Below, one piece after another: positions 22,420 to 31,344 of a stretch of 64,000 nt of DNA; position 1 is the stretch's first letter; the number at the start of each line of letters is the position of its first letter. This stretch comes from a candidate division WOR-3 bacterium (GTDB lineage Bacteria; Hydrothermota; Tepidihabitantia; Tepidihabitantales; Tepidihabitantaceae). The notes beneath the pieces were generated by a model, which was not told where the DNA came from, did no database searches, and saw nothing but the letters and a program-made list of their open reading frames with translations. The stretch is taken from positions 64,001 to 128,000 of the forward strand of contig CBFGJX010000003.1 in NCBI GenBank assembly GCA_965649225.1. Direction: 5' to 3'. A program made the position numbers and the translations under genes.

Positions 22420-23602
22420 TGGTCTCTCCTTTGCCGGCAACACGGCCCATGATTTCGGGCCGGAAATGCTCGGTGATGTCCAGAAAAGCGTTGGCGCTCG
22501 ACTGCCCGAGTCCGCATTTCGAAGCCACCTGCATCGTCCGCCCCAGCGATTGCAGCTCCCGCAGATAACTGGAACTGCATCGCCCGGCTTTCAGCAGCCG
22601 CACCCCCTCGAGCAGTTTTGGATTACCCTCCCGGCAGGGAGTGCACTGACCGCAGGACTCCTCGACGAAGAACTCCAGAAAATTCTCCGCCACATCCAGC
22701 ATGTCGCGCTGCGGACCGATGACAATAATCGATCCGCCAGTGGCAAGGTCCTCGTAGCCGAATCGCCGGCCAAACTGACTGCGTGGCACCGTCCGGCCCG
22801 AGGCACCGCCGACCTGCACCGCCTTGGCATCGTTGCCGCCAACAAGGTCCAGCAGCTCAGCGACAGAAGTTCCCCACGGCACCTCGTAAACGCCCGGTCG
22901 GGAGCAGTCGCCGGAAACCGACATCAGTTTGGTGCCGGTAGAAACATCGGTGCCGTAGCGACGAAACCACTCTGGCCCTTTGGCAACGATCAGCGCGCAG
23001 GCCACTAGGGTTTCGACATTATTCACCGCAGTAGGCGCACCAACCAGCCCGGTGTTCACCGGATAAGGCGGCCGGTTGCGTGGCTCCCCGCGACTGCCTT
23101 CCAGCGACTCAATCAGGGCAGTCTCCTCGCCGCAGACATAGGCACCCGAGCCCATCCTGATTTCAATGTCAAAATCGAAACTGGACCCGAGAATCCCGGT
23201 GCCCAGCAATCCGGCTTTCCGTCTCTTTTCCAGTACCAGCTCCAGCCCCTCGCGCATGAACGTATACTCGGCACGCAGGTAGAGCACGCCCAGCCTTGCT
23301 CCGATACAGTAGCCGCCGATGGTCATGCCCTCAAACAGCAGGTCCGGGCGTTCCGAAAGCAGCACCCGGTCCTTGAAAGTACCCGGTTCGCCTTCGTCGG
23401 CATTACAGACGATAAACTTCTTGTCTGCTTGAGCGACAGCACAGAGATTCCATTTGACCGCAGTCGGGAAGCCGGCACCACCCCGTCCCCGGATGCCCGA
23501 TTCACGCACGAGGCGAATGACTTCCGTACGAGGCAGTGAAAGCGCCTTCTTCAGGCCGGCGTTGGGTTCATGCTTTGCCATGATATGGCTGACATTGGTC
23601 AT
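22412..23602 (-). CDS. hydB: NuoF-like FMN/NADH-binding hydrogenase subunit, short form
   Basis: GRGGAGFPT, CNADEGEPGTFKD, YVCGEETAL, ESCGQCTPCREG, CGLG. Confidence 0.92.
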   Translation of the reverse strand: MTNVSHIMAKHEPNAGLKKALSLPRTEVIRLVRESGIRGRGGAGFPTAVKWNLCAVAQADKKFIVCNADEGEPGTFKDRVLLSERPDLLFEGMTIGGYCIGARLGVLYLRAEYTFMREGLELVLEKRRKAGLLGTGILGSSFDFDIEIRMGSGAYVCGEETALIESLEGSRGEPRNRPPYPVNTGLVGAPTAVNNVETLVACALIVAKGPEWFRRYGTDVSTGTKLMSVSGDCSRPGVYEVPWGTSVAELLDLVGGNDAKAVQVGGASGRTVPRSQFGRRFGYEDLATGGSIIVIGPQRDMLDVAENFLEFFVEESCGQCTPCREGNPKLLEGVRLLKAGRCSSSYLRELQSLGRTMQVASKCGLGQSSANAFLDITEHFRPEIMGRVAGKGETNG

Positions 23603-24117
23603 CGGTAACCTCCCGTCTTCATTACGCTCGCCGGACCAAATGTGCGACGGTACTTCTCGATGATATCCGAGACCATGTCCGGCTGCACCCGGGTGTAGAT
23701 GTCACTGTTGACCATCAGTGCCGGTCCCATGTCACACATCCCCAGACAATTGGTATACTCGAGGGTGAAAACCCGATCCGGCGTCGTACCGCCGAACGGG
23801 ACACCCAGCTCATTCTCCAGCTGACGGGCGACATTGCGCTTACCGGCAAAGTCACAGGAAAGCGTCTGACAAAGCCGCACTATGAACTTGCCTTTCGGCT
23901 CGGTGGACAGAAATGAGTAGAAGGAAACAACACCGTACACCTCGCTCGGGAAAACCCGTAGCTGACGGGCAATTTCCTGCATCGCGAAGTCCGACACGTG
24001 GCGATAACGTTCCTGGATTGCCACCAGTATCGGCAGCATTCCGTCCCGTTTGTGCTCATACTTCTCAGCCAGGCGGGCAATCTCCTGGCGCAGTGTCTCT
24101 CGTTCTGTTGCCAACAT
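23599..24117 (-). CDS. hydC: NuoE-like [2Fe-2S] hydrogenase subunit
   Basis: VVSFYSF, CQTLSC, CLGMCDMGP. Confidence 0.92.
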   Translation of the reverse strand: MLATERETLRQEIARLAEKYEHKRDGMLPILVAIQERYRHVSDFAMQEIARQLRVFPSEVYGVVSFYSFLSTEPKGKFIVRLCQTLSCDFAGKRNVARQLENELGVPFGGTTPDRVFTLEYTNCLGMCDMGPALMVNSDIYTRVQPDMVSDIIEKYRRTFGPASVMKTGGYR

Positions 24118-24128
24118 AATCTATTCCA

Positions 24129-24503
24129 TTACTGCCGCAGCAGCGACTTCACCTTGGCCAGCAGGTCAGAGGGCGCCACCGGCTTGGTGACAAACTCGTC
24201 CACCGGTGCCAGCTCGCTGTCCTTGCCGTACTTGTAACCGGTCACCTGGCCGATTGATGTCAAAATCATTATCGGCGTCTTGACACCCTTACGGCGGAGA
24301 TCCTGCGCCGCGACAAAACCGTCATCGGGCTGCTCCATCATCACGTCGAGGATGATCAGGTCCGGCCGGGCTGTCTCAACCGCTTTCATACCGTCGGCAC
24401 GGTTGTCCGCGCTGACGACCTGATAACCTTCAGCCTCGAGAATGAGCCGCACCGAATCGACGATATCGGGGTCGTCGTCAACAATCAGCACCTTCGGCAT
24501 CAT
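24129..24503 (-). CDS. Single-domain response regulator, first gene of the hydrogenase operon
   Basis: LIVDDD, PDLIILDVMM, ILTS, FVTKP. Confidence 0.92.
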   Translation of the reverse strand: MMPKVLIVDDDPDIVDSVRLILEAEGYQVVSADNRADGMKAVETARPDLIILDVMMEQPDDGFVAAQDLRRKGVKTPIMILTSIGQVTGYKYGKDSELAPVDEFVTKPVAPSDLLAKVKSLLRQ

Positions 24504-24555
24504 TGCTCCTTTCAACTGCCGGCAACAGCCATTGCTTGACTGTCGGCGGCAAGTC

Positions 24556-24612
24556 TTTTGCAGTTATTCACAAAACGGAGGCTGAGTATAACCGGTGCCG
24601 CTGTACTGTAAA
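24556..24612 (-). promoter_or_regulatory. Hydrogenase operon promoter with a Rex-like operator
   Basis: TTTACA-16-TATACT, then TTGTGAA-TAAC-TGCAAAA (12/14 match to TTGTGAA-N4-TTCACAA). Confidence 0.55.
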
Positions 24613-24694
24613 GCCCACCCGATAGAACCGCCGGCATTTGACGTAGACCAGCCCGGCGCTATCCTGTCGATGCTGGTCGAATTTGCCATCTGCC

Positions 24695-26035
24695 ATGGAA
24701 GAAACATCTGCACCGCTCCGACCCGAGCCTGGCACCGAGCTGGAAGTCAACCCGGCAGCAGTACAGATGGTTCTCACCGACCTGCGCGAAATCAGCCTCT
24801 CCGGCAAATCGCTGTTTGAAGTTCTGGACGCGGTCTATGATACCCTCTACCCGATTATCCCATTCGACCGCTTGTCAGCAGCTTTCTACAATGAGGAAAC
24901 CGGCCTGGTGGTTTCCCGCTGGGTACGGGGCGAACGTCCGGCCAGCGCAATCGGCACCGGCTACTGGGCCGAACTGAAAGGCTCATCCCTTGAGCCGATC
25001 ATGCGTACTGGACGACCGCGCATCATCAATGACCTTGAAGCCTATCTCGCCGACCATCCTGAATCGACGCGGACCCGGGATGCCCTTCGCGACGGCATCC
25101 GCTCCAACCTGACCTGCCCGCTGCTGGCCGGCGCCCGGCCGATCGGCTTTCTTTTCTTCAGCTCAAGCCGCAAGAACGCTTATCGTCCGGAGCATGTTGA
25201 CACTTTCCGGGCGGTGGCGGAATCACTGTCGCTGGCGGTTGAGAAAGTGAAATACCTTGACGACCTGGCTCAGGCCAAGCGGAACTACGCTCAGATTCTC
25301 TATTTCGTCGCCCACGAATTGAAAGCACCGTTATCAGCAGTGGTCACCATCGGTCAAACTCTGCTCGACGGCTATGTCGGCAAGCTCACCCCGGCTCAGG
25401 CCGAGAAGGTCGGCCGGATGGTCACCAGCTCCAACCATCTGATCAAGCTCGTACGTGACTACATCGACCTTTCCCAGATTGAAACCGGCGAACTGCGCTT
25501 CGCTCCGCGCGCCGACGTTGACCTGGTTGAAGAAGTTATCCGGCCAATGCTGGAACTGCAGGAACCGATGGCCGCCGCCCGGAGCATGACACTCAAAACC
25601 GATCTCGAAAACCTGCTCGCACCCTGTGACCCAAGGCTGCTGCAGATCGTTTTCGGCAACCTGCTCAGCAATGCGGTCAAATACGGCCGTGAAGGCGGGA
25701 CGATCATGGTCCGGCTGGTCCGCCGAGCCTTTTTTGACTACACCGACACCGGTGAACGGCTGCGACGCTGGTGGGCACTCTTTGCCGTACGCAATGATGG
25801 CGTCGGATTCACGCCGGAACAGAAACAAAAACTCTTCGGACGGTTTCAACGCCTGCACCACCCGGAACACAGAAGCGTTGCCGGCTCCGGCCTCGGCCTC
25901 TACATTTCCCGTCAGATTGTCCTCCGGCACGGCGGCGAAATGGCCGCCGAGTCAGAACCCGGTCAGTGGGCCGAGTTCAGCTTCCGCATCCCGCTGTCGC
26001 AGCAACCACCGCTGTCGACCGAAACTTCAGGCTAG
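24695..26035 (+). CDS. Cytoplasmic GAF-domain histidine kinase
   Basis: GAF (RIINDL..IRSNLTCPL), H-box VAHELKAPL, NLLSNAVKY, NDGVG, GSGLGL. Confidence 0.92.
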   Translation: MEETSAPLRPEPGTELEVNPAAVQMVLTDLREISLSGKSLFEVLDAVYDTLYPIIPFDRLSAAFYNEETGLVVSRWVRGERPASAIGTGYWAELKGSSLEPIMRTGRPRIINDLEAYLADHPESTRTRDALRDGIRSNLTCPLLAGARPIGFLFFSSSRKNAYRPEHVDTFRAVAESLSLAVEKVKYLDDLAQAKRNYAQILYFVAHELKAPLSAVVTIGQTLLDGYVGKLTPAQAEKVGRMVTSSNHLIKLVRDYIDLSQIETGELRFAPRADVDLVEEVIRPMLELQEPMAAARSMTLKTDLENLLAPCDPRLLQIVFGNLLSNAVKYGREGGTIMVRLVRRAFFDYTDTGERLRRWWALFAVRNDGVGFTPEQKQKLFGRFQRLHHPEHRSVAGSGLGLYISRQIVLRHGGEMAAESEPGQWAEFSFRIPLSQQPPLSTETSG

Positions 26036-26042
26036 CGACGCT

Positions 26043-27542
26043 TCAGCTTGCGCTGACCACCGCCAGCTCGGCGAATTCCCGTGCCAGCGCCGGATACAGC
26101 GCCCGGTAACGTTGATAGAGTCGGGCGTAACGCGCAGTTTCCGGCCCGGGTCGGGTAACGCCGGTCTCCTGTACCGCCGTGCGGCACGCCGCCGCCACAT
26201 CCGGAAAAACTCCAATACCGACAGCGGCCAGCAGTGCCGCGCCATACGCGGCACCCTGATTGACATTTACCGTCACCAGCTCCCGGCCGAAAACGTCGCT
26301 CATGATCTGCCGCCAGAGAACCGACCCGGCACCGCCGCCCGAAACTCTGATTCGGCCGCACTCAACCTGCAGCCGGCACAACAGCTCCAGACAGTCATTC
26401 AGGCTGAACGCGACACCCTCCAGCACCGCCCGCGCCAGGTGGGCACGACCGTGCGCCAGCGAGAGACCGAAGAACACTCCCCGGGCGTGCGGGTCGGCAT
26501 AAGGGGTGCGCTCGCCGGAGAGATAGGGCAGAAAGATCAGGCCATCGGCGCCGGCCTTGACACCGGCCGCCAGGCCGTCGAGCCGGTCGTAATCCGTCTC
26601 CAGCAGGTCCCGCAGCCAGCGGAAACTGCCCCCGGCGGACAGGGTGACGCCCATCAGATGCCAGCGATTCGGGGCGGCGTGACAATAGGCGTGCAATCCG
26701 CCGGCCGGGTCAACAACCGGCTGGTCGGTGGCGGCAAAAACCACCCCGGAGGTGCCGATTGTAACTGAGGCAACACCTTCGTCGACAATCCCGGTGCCGA
26801 TTGACTGCGCTGCCTGGTCGCCGGCTCCGGCCACGACCGGCGTCCCCGCTGTCAGTCCGCATTCTGCCGCGGCCGCAGGCGCGATTCGTGCCGTTACCTC
26901 CGCCGACTCGGCAGCCGCCGGCATCAGCTCCGGCGCAACATCAAGCAGACCCAGAATCTCAGCTGACCACTGCCGCCGCCGCAAGTCAAGCAGGTTCGTA
27001 CCCGAAGCGTCGGCGACATCGGTTCCCAAGAACCCGGTCAGTCGCAGCCGGACATAGTCTTTGGGCAACAGCATTCGATTCGCCCGGGAATAAACCTCCG
27101 GCTCACGTTCACGCACCCACAGCAGTTTGCCGGCAGTAAAACCGGTCAAGGCCGGCTTGCCGGTCAGCTCAATCAGTCGCAGCCGGCCAACGCGCCGCTC
27201 AATTTCCGCACACTGCGCTGCTGTACGCTGGTCGTTCCACATGATGCAGCGCCGCAACGCCGCCCCGCTGCGGTCGACCAGCACCAGCCCGTGCATCTGC
27301 CCGGTCAGCCCCACTGCCGCTACCGACGAACCACTGTAACCGGCCGCAGTCAGCACCTGCTTGACACCGGCAACAGTTGCCCGCCACCAGTCATCCGGCT
27401 CCTGTTCGGCCCAGCCCGGCCGCGGCACATGCATCGGATAGGCAACCATCGCCTCGGCAACGACTGCGCCCCGGCGATCAATCAACACCGTCTTGGCACC
27501 ACTGGTGCCGATATCGATGCCGAGCAACAACTCCGGTTTCAT
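26043..27542 (-). CDS. xylB: Xylulokinase (FGGY family)
   Basis: GIDIGTSG, GLTGQMHGLV, WNDQRT, LPKDY, GDQAA, GTSGVV, PYLSGERTP; ATGA coupling to the upstream gene. Confidence 0.9.
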   Translation of the reverse strand: MKPELLLGIDIGTSGAKTVLIDRRGAVVAEAMVAYPMHVPRPGWAEQEPDDWWRATVAGVKQVLTAAGYSGSSVAAVGLTGQMHGLVLVDRSGAALRRCIMWNDQRTAAQCAEIERRVGRLRLIELTGKPALTGFTAGKLLWVREREPEVYSRANRMLLPKDYVRLRLTGFLGTDVADASGTNLLDLRRRQWSAEILGLLDVAPELMPAAAESAEVTARIAPAAAAECGLTAGTPVVAGAGDQAAQSIGTGIVDEGVASVTIGTSGVVFAATDQPVVDPAGGLHAYCHAAPNRWHLMGVTLSAGGSFRWLRDLLETDYDRLDGLAAGVKAGADGLIFLPYLSGERTPYADPHARGVFFGLSLAHGRAHLARAVLEGVAFSLNDCLELLCRLQVECGRIRVSGGGAGSVLWRQIMSDVFGRELVTVNVNQGAAYGAALLAAVGIGVFPDVAAACRTAVQETGVTRPGPETARYARLYQRYRALYPALAREFAELAVVSAS

Positions 27543-28690
27543 TTCAGTCGGAACGGTGCCAGTGGTGACAGCCGGTCCGGGCACGCGGCCCGAACCCGAA
27601 CAAGGTAGGCCTCAATCCAGCCCCGGGCCAGGTCGGGCCGGGTCACCGCGTTGACAATTGACTCATGGTCAAGGTCGTTGATACGGTCATTGGCAGCGCG
27701 GACGGCGTCCATTGAAATCCGCAATGCGGTCTCGACCGGCATCCGCTCCGGATTGATATCAATGCCGAACCAGCCCCGGTAGCCGTGCATCTTCAGTACA
27801 TACAGCATCGCCTCGATTGCCTCCGGCGATACTGTGCCGACATTGAGGTCCTGGTCAAAATTGCCCAGCGGCTGACTGTTGAGATGAACGTGTACCAGCC
27901 GACCCTCGGCCAGCGGCCACGAATAGGCATACGGCAGGTCCTCATACGCCATCAGGGCATGCCCCACCTCCGGATTCAACCCGACCAGAGCGTGTCCCTC
28001 TGCCAGCAGCCGACGATTCTCGGTTGCGGTCAGCCGTGCTTCAACTGCGTGTGCCAGCAGCATTCCCTCGGCCGTCGTGCCGAAGATAATCCGGCCCCGC
28101 GGCTCGTAGGGCTTCGGCTCGAAGGCCACCCGCACTCCCGGCACTGCGTCGATTGCCTCAACCAGCCCGGTTACAAACCGCTCCCGCAACGCCGGGAAGT
28201 CGATCCCGAACGGATTCTCGTATCCGTCTATTCCGGGCCAGACCACACAGAAGTCCGTCTCCAGCTCGCGGTTGAGCTCCAGTGCCCGCCGCAGCAGTTC
28301 CACCGCCTGACGCCGTGCCGGCTCCAGCGGGCTTGACAGCGAACCGAACTCAAAACCGGCATCACGAAACAGCAGCGGAATGATTGTCAACAGCCTGATA
28401 CCGGTGTCGCGGCTGAAACTGCGCCACAGTTCCAGATTCTGCTCGTTGATCTCATTCGGATAGTGCGCCTCGAGTGCGCCCAGCCCGTAATCCTTCAACC
28501 GCGCGGCGACGTCCAGCCGCTCCGCAATCGTCCGTTCCGGTCCGTAGCGGGCGTGAAAGCGGCTGTCTGCCGGCGAGAAATACCAGATGCCGGCCGAGAA
28601 GCGCAATTCGAGCTGGAAGGATTTGAGATGCTCAATCATTGCCGAAGGCGACCGGCGCACCGCCTGCGGACGCAAGTCCTGTCTGGGCAT
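27539..28690 (-). CDS. Xylose-isomerase-like TIM-barrel sugar isomerase
   Basis: VWPGIDG, FEPKPYEPR, NPEVGH, HLNSQ..FDQDL, GIDINP; coupled to xylB. Confidence 0.8.
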   Translation of the reverse strand: MPRQDLRPQAVRRSPSAMIEHLKSFQLELRFSAGIWYFSPADSRFHARYGPERTIAERLDVAARLKDYGLGALEAHYPNEINEQNLELWRSFSRDTGIRLLTIIPLLFRDAGFEFGSLSSPLEPARRQAVELLRRALELNRELETDFCVVWPGIDGYENPFGIDFPALRERFVTGLVEAIDAVPGVRVAFEPKPYEPRGRIIFGTTAEGMLLAHAVEARLTATENRRLLAEGHALVGLNPEVGHALMAYEDLPYAYSWPLAEGRLVHVHLNSQPLGNFDQDLNVGTVSPEAIEAMLYVLKMHGYRGWFGIDINPERMPVETALRISMDAVRAANDRINDLDHESIVNAVTRPDLARGWIEAYLVRVRAACPDRLSPLAPFRLK

Positions 28691-28695
28691 GGCCG

Positions 28696-28759
28696 ATTGT
28701 CCCGCTCCACTCGCTGCTTGTCAACGCCGGTTGACTCGGCCGCTTCACAATTCTACACT
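28696..28759. promoter_or_regulatory. Back-to-back sigma70-like promoters, both leaderless
   Basis: Minus: TTGACA-17-GACAAT-5nt-ATG(28690). Plus: TTGACT-17-TACACT-5nt-GTG(28765). Confidence 0.65.
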
Positions 28760-28764
28760 GCCCC

Positions 28765-30123
28765 GTGCCGATGACGCTGTTTTTTGTTCTCGCATCATTG
28801 CCGACCTTGCTGTGGGAATCCCGTTACAACGGTCCCGACAATCTTGAAGACCGCGCTGCGGCGATGGTCGCCGACAGCATCGGCAACTGCTGGGTTGCCG
28901 GCTTCAGTTACGGGCTCGGCACGGACTTTCAGTTTACGGTTGCTGCCTTTGCGCCCGACGGCAGACTGCGCTGGAGCCAACGCTACGGTTCTCCGGCCAA
29001 CAGCGAAGACCGCGCCTGGGTCATTGCCCGCGACTCGACCGGCGCAATAGTTGCGGCCGGCGGCACACTTGCTGACCCTGCCACCGGCTGGGACGTATTG
29101 CTCGCCCGCTACGACGCCGACAGCGGTACGACCCACTGGCTGCACCGGCTCGACCTCCCCTGGCACTCTGACGACCGCATCGCGGCACTCGGCATCACCG
29201 CCAGCAACAACCCGATCGCCGCCGTCACCAGTCGGCGTTCAGGCGGCCGTCGCGACACCGACATCGTTCTCGTCCTCTTCTCGGCCGACGGTGAGACACT
29301 CTGGACCCGTTCCTGGGACGGCGCCAGTCGGGGCAACGATGAAGCAGTCGCGCTTGCCCTCGGCGATAATTCGGTTTATGTCGTCGGCCGCACCACATCT
29401 GGCGGGTTGTCAACCGACATTGTCCTGCTCCGCTTCGACCTGGACGGCACTCTGGTCTGGAGCCGCACCATCGACGGCCCGGGACGTGCGACCGACTTTC
29501 CGGCTCAGGTTGTCTACCGTGCCGGACAAGTATTCGTCGCCGGTACCGTCACCGGTCTGGCCACTTCCTACGACTGGTATGTCGCGGTGTTCGACAGCAA
29601 CGGCAGGAACCGCTGGCACCATCAATGGGACGGCAACGGTCGGTCTGACATTCTCGAAGCAATCGCTCTCGACTCCGCCGGCACGGTCATCGCCACGGGC
29701 CACACGACCAGCGTCGATGCCGGCATCGACGCCGCAATCGTCAAACTTGACGCCGCTGGCCGCCGCGTCTGGACCCGCCGCTACAACGGCGAGCGCAACT
29801 CCACCGACCGCGGCTGGCGCATCGCCATCGGCCCCGAAGGTCCGGTGGTAGCCGCCAGCTCAGTCGGATCGTCCGGATTCCCCGAACTCGTCCTGCTCGG
29901 CCTGTCTCCGACCGGTGATTCACTGTGGGCCTGGCGGCGCCCCAATCCGGTGCCGGGTGAAACTCGTCCGGTTGGCATCGCCCTGTTGACCGAAAGGAGT
30001 AATTGCCAGCAATCCAACCCGGTCCTCTGTGCCGGCTGGACCCTGGTCGCACCGGGCGGCAACTTCGACTGGTTCGTTCTGAGGCTGGCACCGGCGGGCC
30101 GGCCGCCCGACCCCGGGAATTGA
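28765..30123 (+). CDS. Exported beta-propeller repeat protein (SBBP-like)
   Basis: About 7 repeats of DxxGxxxWxxxYxG..D.A..IA.D..G.V.V.G. Confidence 0.8.
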   Translation: MPMTLFFVLASLPTLLWESRYNGPDNLEDRAAAMVADSIGNCWVAGFSYGLGTDFQFTVAAFAPDGRLRWSQRYGSPANSEDRAWVIARDSTGAIVAAGGTLADPATGWDVLLARYDADSGTTHWLHRLDLPWHSDDRIAALGITASNNPIAAVTSRRSGGRRDTDIVLVLFSADGETLWTRSWDGASRGNDEAVALALGDNSVYVVGRTTSGGLSTDIVLLRFDLDGTLVWSRTIDGPGRATDFPAQVVYRAGQVFVAGTVTGLATSYDWYVAVFDSNGRNRWHHQWDGNGRSDILEAIALDSAGTVIATGHTTSVDAGIDAAIVKLDAAGRRVWTRRYNGERNSTDRGWRIAIGPEGPVVAASSVGSSGFPELVLLGLSPTGDSLWAWRRPNPVPGETRPVGIALLTERSNCQQSNPVLCAGWTLVAPGGNFDWFVLRLAPAGRPPDPGN

Positions 30124-30170
30124 TTCATCCGTTCTTGACTGCACTGGCTCGCGCCGTAATGTAACTGCAT

Positions 30171-30536
30171 ATGCCCAAGCGAATACTGGTTGTTGACGAC
30201 GAGGAAACGGTACGGCTGCTGTTGGGAAAACAGCTCCAAAACGCCGGCTATACTGTCGACCTCTGCGCCGACGGACGTTCGGCCCTGCGGGTTGCGCGGG
30301 AGAACCGACCCGATCTGGCGATTCTGGACCTAACCATGCCCGGGCTCGACGGCTATTCGCTGGTAACGATGTTTCGCCGTGACGCCAGCCTGCGGATGCC
30401 GATTATCGTGCTTTCTGGCCGCGTCAGGGAAATCGACATTCAGGCAGCTCTCGACGCCGGTGCGGATGCCTTCATTGCCAAACCCGCTGACCGCGACATC
30501 CTGCTGGCCAAGATTGCGGAACTGCTCGCCGGCTAG
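30171..30536 (+). CDS. Single-domain response regulator
   Basis: ILVVDDE, PDLAILDLTMPGLDG, GADAFIAKP. Confidence 0.92.
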   Translation: MPKRILVVDDEETVRLLLGKQLQNAGYTVDLCADGRSALRVARENRPDLAILDLTMPGLDGYSLVTMFRRDASLRMPIIVLSGRVREIDIQAALDAGADAFIAKPADRDILLAKIAELLAG

Positions 30537-31341
30537 TATTTAGGCCGCTCGCCGCGCCAGCCAGGCTCTCGGGACGATAGAAAACCGTAAACGAGCGCGC
30601 CACCATTGAACCGAAAACCCCGACACCGCCGACCAGGCTAAAGCTGTCCAGCCCCGAGCCAGCGCCGCCACCGAAGCCACCGGCAATCGCCCACTCGAAG
30701 TAGTTCGTATCCAGAGCGCACAGTGTGAAACTGTGTAGCCCGGCCTGGTAGCCAAAAAGAAAGAACAATCTCGGCAACCGGTAATACAGGCTGTCCAGAT
30801 TTCCGCCAGTAGTATCGTTGGGCGCAATCAGATTGAGCTCCAGCGTGTCGAACCGAAAACTCATGTAATATCCGGCAGCATTGCGGCTGCGCGTCCAGAC
30901 CATTGAATCACGCAGGCTGACCGTGTCGCCGTCGCGCGGCCAGACAATCTGGAAATCACCCGGTACTACCGTCCGCCCCTCGACCGTATCGTACTCGGGG
31001 TGTGCCACCTGCAGCCAGATGGTATCGCCGAACCCGGCGCAGACCGAATCCGCCGCCAGATAGCGATCGCCGCCCACCCATGTGCAGGCGGTAGTTTCAC
31101 CCCTGGTCCAGAGTCTTACCGCCGCGCCGGCAAACTGGGATTGAAACGGCTCGCCGATTGCATAGGTACGATTGACGCTGACAGTCGGCCGACAACCACC
31201 GGCCGCCACCAGACCGTGGACACTCAGCCGGGGCGTGAAATCAGCCCCGCCCTCATCACAGCCGCCCGCCAGCAATAATGCCACCAGCACTGCCCGGATC
31301 AGCATCGGTGTCTGCTTGCGGCTGTCGAACATCCTCGTCAT
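30472..31341 (-). CDS. Lipoprotein partner of the TonB-dependent receptor (DUF4249-like)
   Basis: Lipobox LLAGGC, GRTVVP, ALDTNY, GGVGVFGS; immediately downstream of the receptor. Confidence 0.7.
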   Translation of the reverse strand: MTRMFDSRKQTPMLIRAVLVALLLAGGCDEGGADFTPRLSVHGLVAAGGCRPTVSVNRTYAIGEPFQSQFAGAAVRLWTRGETTACTWVGGDRYLAADSVCAGFGDTIWLQVAHPEYDTVEGRTVVPGDFQIVWPRDGDTVSLRDSMVWTRSRNAAGYYMSFRFDTLELNLIAPNDTTGGNLDSLYYRLPRLFFLFGYQAGLHSFTLCALDTNYFEWAIAGGFGGGAGSGLDSFSLVGGVGVFGSMVARSFTVFYRPESLAGAASGLNTSRRAVPQSWPAGCRGQRVWQ

Positions 31342-31344
31342 TTT

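Noticed and set aside
30472..30536. 65-nt convergent overlap between the response regulator and lipoprotein genes
   Set aside because: Most simply a run-on C-terminal tail; nothing suggests function
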